Below are positions 18,462 through 32,434 of a stretch of 64,000 bases of DNA, in pieces. The DNA is taken from assembly GCF_003790525.1 (NCBI RefSeq), contig NZ_CP033635.1; one strand, 5' to 3'. Numbering within the stretch: the first letter of the stretch is position 1; every line of letters starts with the position of its first letter. The notes under the pieces were generated by a model, which did not search any database, had not been told where the DNA came from, and saw only the letters and a program-made list of their open reading frames with translations. Position numbers and translations under genes: made by a program. The DNA comes from Escherichia coli (GTDB lineage: Bacteria; Pseudomonadota; Gammaproteobacteria; Enterobacterales; Enterobacteriaceae).

Positions 18462-19634
18462 ATGTTCGATTTTTCAAAGGTCGTGGATCGTCATGGCACA
18501 TGGTGTACGCAGTGGGATTATGTCGCCGACCGTTTCGGCACTGCTGACCTGTTACCGTTCACGATTTCAGACATGGATTTTGCCACTGCCCCCTGCATTA
18601 TCGAGGCGCTGAATCAGCGTCTGATGCACGGCGTGTTTGGCTACAGCCGCTGGAAAAACGATGAGTTTCTCGCGGCTATTGCCCACTGGTTTTCCACCCA
18701 GCATTACACCGCCATCGATCCCCAGTCGGTGGTGTATGGCCCTTCTGTCATCTATATGGTTTCAGAACTGATTCGTCAGTGGTCTGAAACAGGTGAAGGC
18801 GTGGTGATCCACACACCCGCCTATGACGCATTTTACAAGGCCATTGAAGGTAACCAGCGCACAGTAATACCCGTTGCTTTAGAGAAGCAGGCTGACGGCT
18901 GGTTTTGCGATATGGGCAAGCTGGAAGCCGTGCTGGCGAAACCAGAATGTAAAATTATGCTCCTGTGTAGCCCACAGAATCCTACCGGGAAAGTGTGGAC
19001 GTGCGATGAGCTGGAGATCATGGCTGACCTGTGCGAGCGTCATGGTGTGCGGGTTATTTCCGATGAAATCCATATGGATATGGTTTGGGGCGAGCAGCCG
19101 CATATTCCATGGTGTAATGTGGCGCGCGGAGACTGGGCGTTGCTAACGTCGGGATCAAAAAGTTTCAATATTCCCGCCCTGACCGGTGCTTACGGGATTA
19201 TAGAAAATAGCAGTAGCCGCGATGCCTATTTATCGGCACTGAAAGGACGTGATGGGCTTTCTTCCCCTTCGGTACTGGCGTTAACTGCTCATATCGCCGC
19301 CTATCAGCAAGGCGCGCCGTGGCTGGATGCCTTACGCGTCTATCTGAAAGATAACCTGACGTATATCGCAGATAAAATGAACGCTGCGTTTCCTGAACTC
19401 AACTGGCAGATCCCGCAATCCACTTATCTGGCCTGGCTTGATCTACGTCCATTGAACATTGACGACAACGCGTTGCAAAAAGCGCTTATCGAGCAAGAAA
19501 AGGTCGCGATCATGCCGGGATATACCTACGGTGAAGAAGGTCGTGGTTTTGTCCGACTCAATGCCGGGTGCCCGCGTTCGAAACTGGAAAAAGGTGTTGC
19601 TGGATTAATTAACGCCATCCGCGCTGTTCGTTAA
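18462..19634 (+). CDS. malY: MalY: PLP-dependent cystathionine beta-lyase and maltose-regulon modulator
   Basis: 390 aa aminotransferase class I/II fold; 9 nt after malX. Confidence 0.9.
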   Translation: MFDFSKVVDRHGTWCTQWDYVADRFGTADLLPFTISDMDFATAPCIIEALNQRLMHGVFGYSRWKNDEFLAAIAHWFSTQHYTAIDPQSVVYGPSVIYMVSELIRQWSETGEGVVIHTPAYDAFYKAIEGNQRTVIPVALEKQADGWFCDMGKLEAVLAKPECKIMLLCSPQNPTGKVWTCDELEIMADLCERHGVRVISDEIHMDMVWGEQPHIPWCNVARGDWALLTSGSKSFNIPALTGAYGIIENSSSRDAYLSALKGRDGLSSPSVLALTAHIAAYQQGAPWLDALRVYLKDNLTYIADKMNAAFPELNWQIPQSTYLAWLDLRPLNIDDNALQKALIEQEKVAIMPGYTYGEEGRGFVRLNAGCPRSKLEKGVAGLINAIRAVR

Positions 19635-19638
19635 CCCC

Positions 19639-19680
19639 AATTGCGCAACGTAAAAAATCGTTGCGCAATCGTGGATTTTT
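19639..19680 (+). terminator. Rho-independent terminator after malY
   Basis: 11-bp perfect stem ATTGCGCAACG/CGTTGCGCAAT followed by a TTTTT tract. Confidence 0.6.
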
Positions 19681-19737
19681 ACCCTGCTTTGTTTTTATAA
19701 TGGTGCGCACTTTTATATCCAGAAAAAGAGTGCGACC

Positions 19738-20739
19738 ATGATTGATACCACCCTGCCATTAACTGATATCCATCGCCACCTTGATGGCAACATTCGTCCC
19801 CAGACCATTCTTGAACTTGGCCGCCGGTATAATATCTCGCTTCCTGCACAATCCCTGGAAACACTGATTCCCCACGTTCAGGTCATTGCCAACGAACCCG
19901 ATCTTGTGAGCTTTCTGACCAAACTTGACTGGGGCGTTAAAGTTCTCGCCTCTCTTGATGCCTGTCGCCGCGTGGCATTTGAAAACATTGAAGATGCAGC
20001 CCGTAACGGCCTGCACTATGTCGAGCTGCGTTTTTCACCGGGCTACATGGCAATGGCACATCAGCTGCCTGTAGCGGGTGTTGTCGAAGCGGTGATCGAT
20101 GGCGTACGTGAAGGTTGCCGCACCTTTGGTGTGCAGGCGAAGCTTATCGGCATTATGAGCCGGACCTTCGGTGAAGCCGCCTGTCAGCAAGAGCTGGAGG
20201 CCTTTTTAGCCCACCGTGACCAGATTACCGCACTTGATTTAGCCGGTGATGAACTTGGTTTCCCGGGAAGTCTGTTCCTTTCTCACTTCAACCGCGCGCG
20301 TGATGCGGACTGGCATATTACCGTCCATGCAGGCGAAGCTGCCGGGCCGGAAAGCATCTGGCAGGCGATTCGTGAACTGGGGGCGGAACGTATTGGACAT
20401 GGCGTAAAAGCCATTGAAGATCGGGCGCTGATGGATTTTCTCGCCGAGCAGCAAATTGGTATTGAATCCTGTCTGACCTCCAATATTCAGACCAGCACCG
20501 TGGCAGAGCTGGCGGCACATCCGCTGAAAATGTTCCTTGAGCATGGCATTCGTGCCAGCATTAACACTGACGATCCCGGCGTACAGGGAGTGGATATCAT
20601 TCACGAATATACCGTTGCCGCGCCGGCTGCTGGGTTATCCCGCGAGCAAATCCGCCAGGCGCAGATTAATGGTCTGGAAATGGCTTTCCTCAGCGCAGAG
20701 GAAAAACGCGCACTGCGAGAAAAAGTCGCTGCGAAGTAA
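19738..20739 (+). CDS. add: Adenosine deaminase
   Basis: 333 aa; metal-dependent hydrolase motifs (HRHLDG near the N-terminus, SINTDDP near the C-terminus). Confidence 0.95.
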   Translation: MIDTTLPLTDIHRHLDGNIRPQTILELGRRYNISLPAQSLETLIPHVQVIANEPDLVSFLTKLDWGVKVLASLDACRRVAFENIEDAARNGLHYVELRFSPGYMAMAHQLPVAGVVEAVIDGVREGCRTFGVQAKLIGIMSRTFGEAACQQELEAFLAHRDQITALDLAGDELGFPGSLFLSHFNRARDADWHITVHAGEAAGPESIWQAIRELGAERIGHGVKAIEDRALMDFLAEQQIGIESCLTSNIQTSTVAELAAHPLKMFLEHGIRASINTDDPGVQGVDIIHEYTVAAPAAGLSREQIRQAQINGLEMAFLSAEEKRALREKVAAK

Positions 20740-20746
20740 CAAAAAT

Positions 20747-20775
20747 GGATGGTGCTAATTGCACCATCCTCTTTT
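20747..20775 (+). terminator. Rho-independent terminator after add
   Basis: 9-bp stem GGATGGTGC/GCACCATCC, 5-nt loop, then TCTTTT. Confidence 0.55.
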
Positions 20776-21815
20776 CACGCAAGGCACAGCGTCGCGCGAT
20801 GTTTGGCGGATTCGATGCCCTGCTCAATCAACTCCATTACCTGGATTGCCTGACTTGCCGGAACCGGATTTTCACCATCGCCATTTAACGCATCACGAAT
20901 AGCCGCATAGTAAGCCGGATAATTCCCTGGTACTGTCAACAGCGTTTCTTCGACACGTTCCTCACCTTCCACGCGGGTAAGTACGCCATCACGCATATCG
21001 TAGCCCCAGTCTTCCTGCGGCAGACGCTCGCCATTTTTCAGACGTTCTTCCTGTGGATCGAGGCCATATTTCACATAACTGCCTCGGGATCCATGCACGA
21101 TATAACGTGCTGACTCAGCAGCTGCCAGCATGGTACCGTGTAAAATGACTCGCCGCTGCGGATAGGACAAGATGGCGTGGAAATAATCGGTCGACTGCGC
21201 TCCGGGCCGTAACTGTGCCAAATCAACCGTCATGCTGACCGGTAAACCAAATAGCGTAATGGCCTGATCAAGAAGATGCGGTGCTAAATCGTACCAGATA
21301 CCGCTGCCAGGACCGCCCTGTTCACGCCAACGATCGCGCACCTGCGGACGGAAGCGGTCAAAATGAGACTCAAAGTAAGCAACTTCACCCAGTACGCCTT
21401 CCACGAGCAAACCTTTTAGCGTCAGGAAATCGCTATCCCAGCGACGGTTATGGAATACAGACAGCACACGCCCCAGGCTTTTTGCCAGCGCTTCCAGCTC
21501 TCGCGCTTGTGACAGTGTCACGGTAAAGGGTTTATCAACGACCACATGTTTACCCGCCTCAAGCGCCGCTTTGGCTAACGGGAAATGGGTATCGTTGGGT
21601 GTAGGAATGACAATCAGGTCTATGTTGGGATCGTTAAACAGATGCTTCGGCTCAGAGACAACCGCAACCGTTGGCCAGTCGGCTTTTACTTTTGTTTCAT
21701 CGCTGCTGGAGATTACCGCCAGTTCCAGCCCGGGCGTGCCCGCAATCAGGGGCGCATGGAAGGTTTTGCTCGCATAACCATACCCAATCAACCCAACACG
21801 GATGTTGTCGCTCAT
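20775..21815 (-). CDS. ydgJ: Gfo/Idh/MocA-family NAD(P)-dependent oxidoreductase YdgJ
   Basis: 346 aa from MSDNIRVGLIGYGYASKTFH (Rossmann fold); the tracked ORF begins 13 codons upstream at a GTG. Confidence 0.85.
   Translation of the reverse strand: MSDNIRVGLIGYGYASKTFHAPLIAGTPGLELAVISSSDETKVKADWPTVAVVSEPKHLFNDPNIDLIVIPTPNDTHFPLAKAALEAGKHVVVDKPFTVTLSQARELEALAKSLGRVLSVFHNRRWDSDFLTLKGLLVEGVLGEVAYFESHFDRFRPQVRDRWREQGGPGSGIWYDLAPHLLDQAITLFGLPVSMTVDLAQLRPGAQSTDYFHAILSYPQRRVILHGTMLAAAESARYIVHGSRGSYVKYGLDPQEERLKNGERLPQEDWGYDMRDGVLTRVEGEERVEETLLTVPGNYPAYYAAIRDALNGDGENPVPASQAIQVMELIEQGIESAKHRATLCLA
21509..21521. other. matS site (MatP-binding; GTGACAGTGTCAC) within ydgJ
   Basis: Exact match to the 13-bp palindromic matS consensus GTGACRNYGTCAC; the window is in the Ter macrodomain. 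Confidence 0.65.
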
Positions 21816-22057
21816 GTCATTGCCTCTCATTGAAGTATGATGGCTATTTGACACTATCCTTTACCCTCGCTCAACAGTTTAATAACCTGCCAGCAATAAG
21901 GGATGTTGTTTAACTTAAGTCAAAAAAATAGCGAATTTTCCAACGACAAAAGCTAAATATCGCAAAAACCTCAGTAAAAATCTTGCTGGAGCTATTATTG
22001 CTAAGTAACATTTACCCCCTGAAGTTAATGGATCAATCAACAGAGATGTGGGCTGTA

Positions 22058-22183
22058 ATGAATCGTCTTATTGAATTAACAGGTTGGATCGTTCTTGTCG
22101 TTTCAGTCATTCTTCTTGGCGTGGCGAGTCACATTGACAACTATCAGCCACCTGAACAGAGTACTACGGTACAACACAAGTAA
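22058..22183 (+). CDS. blr: Small membrane protein Blr (41 aa)
   Basis: MNRLIELTGWIVLVVSVILLGVASHIDNYQPPEQSTTVQHK; below the 60-aa ORF cutoff (embedded in tracked ORF 21983-22183); single transmembrane helix. Confidence 0.8.
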   Translation: MNRLIELTGWIVLVVSVILLGVASHIDNYQPPEQSTTVQHK

Positions 22184-22455
22184 GCTCTGCGCTTGTAGAG
22201 CGACATGCTGCCCGTCCGGGTGCATGTTTTCACTTGTCGGATATTAAACCAGGAATTTATTATCTTGTTCGATGTTGTTGGTGATTGTCAGGGATAGTAA
22301 AGCGCGTTACTCTTTTCAGAGCAGTTTTTCATCTCTGAATATTTGCCATCAGCGCATTCTTATTATTGTAATAACACACGCGTTCACTTTTGGTGAAATT
22401 TTATCATCACTAATAATACCTACTCCTTTGGTATTAATTATTTTATGGACCTTTT

Positions 22456-22671
22456 ATGACTGTTCAGGACTACTTATTAAAATTTCGCAAAATCAGTTCA
22501 CTCGAAAGTCTGGAAAAACTCTACGACCATCTTAATTACACTCTGACGGATGATCAGGAACTGATCAATATGTATCGTGCTGCCGATCACCGCCGCGCAG
22601 AGCTGGTTTCTGGCGGGCGTTTGTTTGACCTCGGCCAGGTACCGAAGTCCGTCTGGCACTATGTCCAGTAA
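22456..22671 (+). CDS. cnu: Cnu (YdgT), Hha-family nucleoid-associated protein that partners H-NS
   Basis: 71 aa beginning [49 protein letters not shown], Hha/YmoA family. Confidence 0.9.
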
Positions 22672-22756
22672 AGAAAGTAGCGATCGGTTATAAAAGCCTT
22701 ATAATAACGCCCCTAAAATTAGATTTGCCTGTTTGCGTCGCTATTCTGGAGAACCT

Positions 22757-23197
22757 ATGACCACCACAACGCCACAACGTATTGGAGGCTGGTTGCTTGG
22801 CCCATTGGCCTGGCTTTTAGTCGCTCTGTTAAGTACGACGCTGGCGTTGTTGCTGTATACCGCTGCGTTATCTTCTCCGCAAACATTTCAAACGCTCGGC
22901 GGACAAGCACTGACGACACAAATCTTATGGGGCGTTTCTTTTATTACCGCTATCGCCATGTGGTATTACACACTGTGGTTGACCATCGCTTTCTTTAAAC
23001 GTCGGCGTTGTGTTCCTAAACACTATATTATCTGGCTGCTTATTTCCGTATTGCTGGCAGTAAAAGCGTTCGCTTTTTCACCCGTAGAAGATGGCATAGC
23101 CGTTCGCCAGTTGCTGTTTACTTTGTTGGCAACCGCATTGATCGTCCCCTATTTCAAACGCTCGTCGCGGGTGAAAGCGACGTTTGTGAATCCGTAA
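22757..23197 (+). CDS. ydgK: Inner-membrane protein YdgK (DUF2569)
   Basis: 146 aa from the ATG at 22757, preceded by a GGAG Shine-Dalgarno sequence; four predicted transmembrane helices; 76 bp upstream of rsxA. Confidence 0.8.
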   Translation: MTTTTPQRIGGWLLGPLAWLLVALLSTTLALLLYTAALSSPQTFQTLGGQALTTQILWGVSFITAIAMWYYTLWLTIAFFKRRRCVPKHYIIWLLISVLLAVKAFAFSPVEDGIAVRQLLFTLLATALIVPYFKRSSRVKATFVNP

Positions 23198-23273
23198 TAA
23201 CCTTACAGTTAACCTGTTGTCGCCTGCTCTGGATTAACGGATAATAGGCGGCTTTTTTATTTCAGGCCGAAAA

Positions 23274-23854
23274 ATGACTGACTACCTGTTACTGTTTGTC
23301 GGAACTGTACTGGTCAATAACTTTGTACTGGTCAAGTTTCTCGGTCTCTGTCCGTTTATGGGGGTTTCCAAAAAGCTGGAAACCGCGATGGGCATGGGGC
23401 TGGCAACAACGTTTGTAATGACGCTGGCGTCTATTTGCGCCTGGCTTATCGATACGTGGATTTTGATCCCGCTTAATCTGATTTACCTGCGCACCCTGGC
23501 GTTTATTCTGGTGATTGCTGTGGTTGTGCAGTTCACCGAGATGGTGGTGCGCAAAACCAGCCCGGTGCTTTACCGTCTGCTGGGGATTTTTTTGCCGCTT
23601 ATCACCACCAATTGTGCAGTGCTCGGCGTGGCGTTGCTGAATATCAATCTCGGGCACAATTTCTTGCAGTCGGCGCTGTACGGTTTTTCCGCCGCTGTCG
23701 GTTTCTCGCTGGTGATGGTGCTCTTCGCCGCCATCCGCGAACGCCTCGCTGTGGCTGATGTCCCGGCACCTTTTCGCGGTAATGCCATTGCGTTAATTAC
23801 CGCAGGTCTTATGTCTCTGGCCTTTATGGGCTTTAGTGGTTTGGTGAAGTTGTA

Positions 23855-23855
<1 letters not shown>
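23274..23855 (+). CDS. rsxA: Rsx (Rnf-type) ion-translocating oxidoreductase complex subunit A
   Basis: 193 aa polytopic membrane protein of the RnfA family. Confidence 0.95.
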
Positions 23856-26552
<2,697 letters not shown>

Positions 26553-27611
26553 ATGGTATTCAGAATAGCTAGCTCCCCTTATACCCATAACCAGCGCCAG
26601 ACATCGCGCATTATGCTGTTGGTGTTGCTCGCAGCCGTGCCAGGAATCGCAGCGCAACTGTGGTTTTTTGGTTGGGGTACTCTCGTTCAGATCCTGTTGG
26701 CGTCGGTCAGTGCTCTGTTAGCCGAAGCTCTCGTACTCAAACTACGCAAGCAGTCGGTAGCCGCAACGTTGAAAGATAACTCAGCATTGCTGACAGGCTT
26801 ATTGCTGGCGGTAAGTATTCCCCCCCTCGCGCCATGGTGGATGGTCGTGCTGGGTACGGTGTTTGCGGTGATCATCGCTAAACAATTGTATGGCGGTCTG
26901 GGGCAAAACCCGTTTAATCCGGCAATGATTGGTTATGTGGTCTTACTGATCTCCTTCCCGGTGCAGATGACCAGCTGGTTACCGCCACATGAAATTGCGG
27001 TCAACATCCCTGGTTTTATCGACGCCATACAGGTTATTTTCAGCGGACATATCACCAGTGGTGGTGATATGAACACGCTACGCTTAGGTATTGATGGCAT
27101 TAGTCAGGCGACACCGCTGGATACATTTAAAACCTCTGTCCGTGCCGGTCATTCGGTTGAACAGATTATGCAATATCCGATCTACAGCGGTATGCTGGCG
27201 GGCGTTGGTTGGCAATGGGTAAATCTCGCCTGGCTGGCTGGCGGCGTATGGTTGCTGTGGCAGAAAGCGATTCGCTGGCATATTCCCCTCAGCTTCTTAG
27301 TAACGCTGGCGTTATGCGCAACGTTGGGCTGGTTGTTCTCACCAGAAACACTGGCAGCACCGCAAATTCATCTGCTGTCTGGAGCGACCATGCTCGGCGC
27401 ATTCTTTATTTTGACTGACCCGGTTACCGCTTCTACGACCAATCGTGGTCGTCTTATTTTCGGCGCGCTGGCGGGCTTATTAGTCTGGTTGATCCGCAGT
27501 TTCGGCGGCTATCCTGACGGCGTGGCTTTTGCCGTCCTGCTGGCGAACATCACGGTTCCTCTGATCGATTACTACACGCGTCCGCGCGTCTACGGCCATC
27601 GCAAAGGGTAA
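26553..27611 (+). CDS. rsxD: Rsx complex subunit D
   Basis: 352 aa polytopic RnfD/NqrB family protein. Confidence 0.95.
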   Translation: MVFRIASSPYTHNQRQTSRIMLLVLLAAVPGIAAQLWFFGWGTLVQILLASVSALLAEALVLKLRKQSVAATLKDNSALLTGLLLAVSIPPLAPWWMVVLGTVFAVIIAKQLYGGLGQNPFNPAMIGYVVLLISFPVQMTSWLPPHEIAVNIPGFIDAIQVIFSGHITSGGDMNTLRLGIDGISQATPLDTFKTSVRAGHSVEQIMQYPIYSGMLAGVGWQWVNLAWLAGGVWLLWQKAIRWHIPLSFLVTLALCATLGWLFSPETLAAPQIHLLSGATMLGAFFILTDPVTASTTNRGRLIFGALAGLLVWLIRSFGGYPDGVAFAVLLANITVPLIDYYTRPRVYGHRKG

Positions 27612-27614
27612 ACC

Positions 27615-28235
27615 ATGCTGAAAACTATCCGAAAACACGGCATTACACTGGCACTATTTGCAGCGGGTTCAACAGGGTTAACTGCGGCCATCAACCAGAT
27701 GACCAAAACGACGATTGCTGAACAGGCCAGTCTGCAACAAAAGGCGTTATTTGATCAGGTGCTGCCAGCCGAACGCTATAACAATGCGCTGGCACAGAGT
27801 TGCTATCTGGTCACTGCGCCAGAGTTAGGTAAAGGTGAGCATCGGGTTTACATCGCCAAACAGGATGACAAACCGGTAGCCGCCGTTCTGGAAACAACCG
27901 CGCCAGATGGCTATTCCGGTGCGATTCAGCTGCTGGTGGGAGCCGATTTTAACGGCACGGTACTTGGCACGCGCGTGACAGAGCACCACGAAACGCCAGG
28001 GCTTGGCGATAAAATCGAACTGCGCCTTTCTGACTGGATCACCCATTTTGCGGGTAAAAAAATCAGTGGTGCGGATGATGCGCACTGGGCGGTGAAGAAA
28101 GATGGTGGTGATTTCGACCAGTTCACCGGCGCGACGATTACTCCCCGCGCGGTGGTTAATGCGGTAAAACGCGCCGGATTGTACGCTCAGACGTTACCGT
28201 CACAACTTTCTCAACTTCCTGCCTGTGGAGAATAA
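27615..28235 (+). CDS. rsxG: Rsx complex subunit G (FMN-binding)
   Basis: 206 aa; RnfG/NqrC family with N-terminal anchor. Confidence 0.95.
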   Translation: MLKTIRKHGITLALFAAGSTGLTAAINQMTKTTIAEQASLQQKALFDQVLPAERYNNALAQSCYLVTAPELGKGEHRVYIAKQDDKPVAAVLETTAPDGYSGAIQLLVGADFNGTVLGTRVTEHHETPGLGDKIELRLSDWITHFAGKKISGADDAHWAVKKDGGDFDQFTGATITPRAVVNAVKRAGLYAQTLPSQLSQLPACGE

Positions 28236-28238
28236 AGC

Positions 28239-28934
28239 GTGAGCGAAATTAAAGACGTTATTGTTCAGGGGTTGTGGAAAAACAACTCTGCGCTGGTCCA
28301 GCTGCTCGGCCTCTGTCCGCTATTGGCGGTCACGTCCACTGCCACTAACGCTCTGGGTTTAGGACTTGCGACTACGCTGGTACTGACGCTGACCAACTTG
28401 ACCATTTCGACGCTGCGTCACTGGACGCCAGCCGAGATCCGCATTCCCATTTACGTGATGATCATCGCCTCGGTGGTCAGCGCTGTACAGATGCTGATCA
28501 ACGCCTACGCCTTTGGCCTGTATCAATCATTAGGGATTTTTATTCCGCTGATTGTCACTAACTGTATCGTTGTGGGCCGCGCTGAAGCCTTCGCCGCCAA
28601 AAAAGGTCCGGCGCTTTCGGCACTGGACGGCTTTTCAATTGGTATGGGCGCAACCTGCGCCATGTGCGTGCTGGGTTCACTACGCGAAATTATCGGCAAT
28701 GGCACGTTGTTTGACGGTGCAGATGCGCTGTTAGGTAGCTGGGCAAAAGTATTACGCGTGGAAATTTTCCACACCGACTCCCCTTTCCTGCTGGCGATGC
28801 TGCCACCAGGTGCATTTATTGGCCTGGGACTGATGCTGGCAGGGAAATACCTGATTGATGAAAGAATGAAAAAGCGCCGTACTGAAGCAGCTGCCGAACG
28901 TGCATTGCCAAACGGTGAAACAGGGAATGTCTGA
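28239..28934 (+). CDS. rsxE: Rsx complex subunit E
   Basis: 231 aa; RnfE/NqrD family membrane protein. Confidence 0.95.
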   Translation: MSEIKDVIVQGLWKNNSALVQLLGLCPLLAVTSTATNALGLGLATTLVLTLTNLTISTLRHWTPAEIRIPIYVMIIASVVSAVQMLINAYAFGLYQSLGIFIPLIVTNCIVVGRAEAFAAKKGPALSALDGFSIGMGATCAMCVLGSLREIIGNGTLFDGADALLGSWAKVLRVEIFHTDSPFLLAMLPPGAFIGLGLMLAGKYLIDERMKKRRTEAAAERALPNGETGNV

Positions 28935-29569
28935 TGAACAAAGCAAAACGCCTGGAGATCCTCACTCGCCTGCGTGAGAACAATCCTCATCCCACCACCG
29001 AGCTTAATTTCAGTTCGCCTTTTGAATTGCTGATTGCCGTACTGCTTTCCGCTCAGGCGACCGATGTCAGTGTTAATAAGGCGACGGCGAAACTCTACCC
29101 GGTGGCTAATACACCTGCAGCGATGCTTGAACTGGGCGTCGAAGGGGTGAAAACCTATATCAAAACCATTGGGCTTTATAACAGCAAAGCAGAAAATATC
29201 ATCAAAACCTGCCGTATCTTACTGGAACAGCATAATGGCGAGGTTCCGGAAGATCGTGCTGCGCTTGAAGCCCTGCCTGGTGTAGGTCGTAAAACAGCCA
29301 ACGTCGTATTAAACACTGCATTCGGCTGGCCGACTATTGCTGTCGACACGCACATTTTCCGCGTTTGTAATCGTACTCAATTTGCGCCGGGGAAAAACGT
29401 CGAACAGGTAGAAGAAAAGCTACTGAAAGTGGTTCCGGCAGAGTTTAAAGTCGACTGCCACCATTGGTTGATCCTCCACGGGCGATATACCTGCATTGCC
29501 CGCAAGCCCCGCTGTGGCTCTTGTATTATTGAAGATCTTTGTGAATACAAAGAGAAAGTTGACATCTGA
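28934..29569 (+). CDS. nth: Endonuclease III (DNA glycosylase/AP lyase)
   Basis: 211 aa; helix-hairpin-helix motif and C-terminal Cx6Cx2Cx5C [4Fe-4S] cluster; start overlaps the rsxE stop. Confidence 0.95.
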   Translation: MNKAKRLEILTRLRENNPHPTTELNFSSPFELLIAVLLSAQATDVSVNKATAKLYPVANTPAAMLELGVEGVKTYIKTIGLYNSKAENIIKTCRILLEQHNGEVPEDRAALEALPGVGRKTANVVLNTAFGWPTIAVDTHIFRVCNRTQFAPGKNVEQVEEKLLKVVPAEFKVDCHHWLILHGRYTCIARKPRCGSCIIEDLCEYKEKVDI

Positions 29570-30178
29570 AGAAAAGGGGTAACACCGATTACCCCATTCA
29601 TAACCTTTCTTTATCCTCTTTTAAAACATCTTTTTAACGTCAATGATGCCATTGCTTAGCGTTATCATCAGGTAATCCGTTTGTGGATAACCAAAAATGC
29701 AGGTTAATTGTTTTTTTAATAGCGAAATTTTCTATTCATTCGTGATCAAGATCACGATGCTGTGGCAATGTAAAAACATTGCAAGAACTAGGTTAAAATC
29801 ATTTAAATTTACACACGCAACAAATATTGACCTACAAAACATTACACTGGCTATTTTTCAGAAACTGGACTATCTCACTAGGAAAAACGCTAAATAGCAG
29901 AACATATCGCCGTTAAGCCATCATCCCCCTCTCAGGGTAGTGAAAAAATCTGCCGTTACGTTTTTTGAAAAATTTAACGCTGGATAACATTTCCCGGAAT
30001 GGTTGAATTCCCCGCCTCAGTTATATGTAACAGATTATTACAAAGGACTTGTCTGAAAGTGCAAGATAGTGAACATTACCTGCCGTTTCCCCTCCCACTA
30101 TAACAATTGCGCGTATGTTTTTAGGCATAACGCGAGAAAGCACCCCCGTTAATATGGGATGTAAAAAAAGAGGTAAAA

Positions 30179-31681
30179 GTGTCCACTGCAAACCAAAAAC
30201 CAACTGAAAGCGTCAGTTTGAACGCTTTCAAACAACCGAAGGCGTTCTATCTCATCTTCTCGATTGAGTTATGGGAACGTTTTGGTTATTACGGCCTACA
30301 AGGAATTATGGCTGTTTACCTGGTTAAACAACTGGGTATGTCTGAAGCGGATTCAATCACCCTTTTCTCTTCCTTTAGTGCCCTGGTTTATGGTCTGGTC
30401 GCTATCGGCGGCTGGTTAGGTGACAAGGTACTGGGTACTAAACGCGTAATTATGCTTGGCGCTATTGTGCTGGCGATTGGTTATGCTCTGGTTGCCTGGT
30501 CTGGTCACGACGCCGGTATCGTTTATATGGGTATGGCGGCTATTGCGGTCGGTAACGGCCTGTTTAAAGCTAACCCGTCTTCTCTGCTTTCTACATGCTA
30601 TGAGAAAAACGACCCGCGTCTGGACGGTGCATTCACCATGTACTACATGTCCGTCAACATCGGCTCTTTCTTCTCTATGATCGCCACCCCGTGGCTGGCC
30701 GCGAAATACGGCTGGAGTGTTGCGTTTGCGTTGAGCGTTGTAGGCCTGCTGATCACTATCGTTAACTTCGCCTTCTGCCAACGCTGGGTTAAACAGTACG
30801 GTTCAAAACCAGACTTCGAGCCTATCAACTACCGTAACCTGCTGCTGACCATTATTGGTGTTGTGGCACTGATCGCTATCGCCACCTGGCTGCTGCACAA
30901 TCAGGAAGTTGCGCGTATGGCGCTGGGCGTTGTTGCCTTCGGTATTGTGGTTATCTTCGGTAAAGAAGCCTTCGCGATGAAAGGTGCTGCGCGTCGTAAA
31001 ATGATCGTTGCCTTCATCCTGATGCTCGAAGCCATTATCTTCTTCGTGCTGTACAGCCAGATGCCAACGTCACTGAACTTCTTTGCGATTCGTAACGTTG
31101 AGCACTCCATTCTGGGTCTGGCCGTAGAACCTGAGCAGTATCAGGCACTGAACCCGTTCTGGATCATCATCGGTAGTCCGATTCTGGCCGCTATCTATAA
31201 CAAGATGGGCGATACCCTGCCGATGCCAACCAAGTTTGCAATCGGCATGGTGATGTGTTCTGGTGCGTTCCTGATTCTGCCGCTGGGTGCGAAATTCGCG
31301 TCTGACGCTGGTATCGTGTCTGTAAGCTGGCTGGTCGCGAGCTATGGCCTGCAGAGTATCGGGGAACTGATGATCTCTGGTCTGGGTCTGGCAATGGTCG
31401 CACAACTCGTTCCGCAGCGTCTGATGGGCTTCATTATGGGTAGCTGGTTCCTGACCACTGCCGGTGCAAACCTGATTGGTGGTTATGTTGCGGGTATGAT
31501 GGCTGTGCCGGATAACGTTACCGATCCGCTGATGTCACTGGAAGTCTATGGTCGCGTATTCTTGCAGATTGGTGTCGCTACTGCCGTTATTGCAGTACTG
31601 ATGCTGCTGACCGCGCCGAAACTGCACCGCATGACGCAGGATGACGCTGCAGACAAAGCGGCGAAAGCTGCTGTAGCGTAA
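30179..31681 (+). CDS. dtpA: Proton-dependent di/tripeptide permease DtpA (TppB)
   Basis: 500 aa POT-family transporter, GTG start ([10 protein letters not shown]); about 600 bp AT-rich upstream region. Confidence 0.9.
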   Translation: MSTANQKPTESVSLNAFKQPKAFYLIFSIELWERFGYYGLQGIMAVYLVKQLGMSEADSITLFSSFSALVYGLVAIGGWLGDKVLGTKRVIMLGAIVLAIGYALVAWSGHDAGIVYMGMAAIAVGNGLFKANPSSLLSTCYEKNDPRLDGAFTMYYMSVNIGSFFSMIATPWLAAKYGWSVAFALSVVGLLITIVNFAFCQRWVKQYGSKPDFEPINYRNLLLTIIGVVALIAIATWLLHNQEVARMALGVVAFGIVVIFGKEAFAMKGAARRKMIVAFILMLEAIIFFVLYSQMPTSLNFFAIRNVEHSILGLAVEPEQYQALNPFWIIIGSPILAAIYNKMGDTLPMPTKFAIGMVMCSGAFLILPLGAKFASDAGIVSVSWLVASYGLQSIGELMISGLGLAMVAQLVPQRLMGFIMGSWFLTTAGANLIGGYVAGMMAVPDNVTDPLMSLEVYGRVFLQIGVATAVIAVLMLLTAPKLHRMTQDDAADKAAKAAVA

Positions 31682-31703
31682 AATTCAGGGAAACTCTTTT
31701 ACA

Positions 31704-31735
31704 AGCCGCTAACTTTTCGTTAGCGGCTTTTTTTT
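31704..31735 (+). terminator. Rho-independent terminator after dtpA
   Basis: 10-bp stem AGCCGCTAAC/GTTAGCGGCT followed by a T8 tract. Confidence 0.8.
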
Positions 31736-31785
31736 GTTCAGCAACGCACTACCATACTTTAAACCACAGACAAAAGGAGTTACCG

Positions 31786-32391
31786 ATGAAATTGTTCTAC
31801 AAACCGGGTGCCTGCTCTCTCGCTTCCCATATCACCCTGCGTGAGAGCGGAAAGGATTTTACGCTCGTCAGTGTGGATTTAATGAAAAAACGTCTCGAAA
31901 ACGGTGACGATTACTTTGCCGTTAACCCTAAGGGACAGGTGCCTGCATTGCAGCTGGACAATGGTACTTTGCTGACGGAAGGCGTAGCAATTATGCAGTA
32001 TCTTGCCGACAGCGTCCCCGACCGCCAGTTGCTGGCACCGGTAAACAGTATTTCCCGCTATAAAACCATCGAATGGCTGAATTACATCGCCACCGAGCTG
32101 CATAAAGGCTTCACACCTCTGTTTCGCCCTGATACACCGGAAGAGTACAAACCAACAGTTCGCGCGCAGCTGGAGAAGAAGCTGCAATATGTGAACGATG
32201 CTCTGAAGGATGAGCACTGGATCTGCGGGCAACGATTTACAATTGCTGATGCCTATCTGTTTACGGTTCTGCGCTGGGCATACGCGGTGAAACTGAATCT
32301 GGAAGGGTTAGAGCACATTGCGGCATTTATGCAACGTATGGCTGAACGTCCGGAAGTACAAGACGCGCTGTCAGCGGAAGGCTTAAAGTAA
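31786..32391 (+). CDS. gstA: Glutathione S-transferase GstA
   Basis: 201 aa; GST N- and C-terminal domains. Confidence 0.9.
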   Translation: MKLFYKPGACSLASHITLRESGKDFTLVSVDLMKKRLENGDDYFAVNPKGQVPALQLDNGTLLTEGVAIMQYLADSVPDRQLLAPVNSISRYKTIEWLNYIATELHKGFTPLFRPDTPEEYKPTVRAQLEKKLQYVNDALKDEHWICGQRFTIADAYLFTVLRWAYAVKLNLEGLEHIAAFMQRMAERPEVQDALSAEGLK

Positions 32392-32434
32392 TAGCCATCG
32401 GCCCACAGGTCGTTGTGGGCCGAAATGAGATATT

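Noticed and set aside
22272-22535. 87-aa ORF upstream of and overlapping the cnu start
   Set aside because: Overlaps the start of the well-supported cnu gene in another frame; AT-rich promoter-like region; no ribosome-binding site.
29762-29777. Inverted repeat CAATGTAAAAACATTG in the dtpA upstream region, considered as an OmpR or other regulator site
   Set aside because: dtpA is reportedly OmpR-regulated, but OmpR sites are degenerate direct repeats; this palindrome does not match a consensus I can state with confidence.
29697-29897. 66-aa ORF in the nth-dtpA intergenic region
   Set aside because: No Shine-Dalgarno sequence, AT-rich low-complexity sequence consistent with a promoter/5' UTR region for dtpA; translation is hydrophobic and low-complexity with no recognisable features.
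32399-32422. Hairpin CGGCCCACA-GGTCGT-TGTGGGCCG between the convergent genes gstA and pdxY
   Set aside because: Good stem, but no clear U-tract on the gstA strand and only a modest T-rich run on the pdxY strand; plausible bidirectional terminator, not confidently callable.
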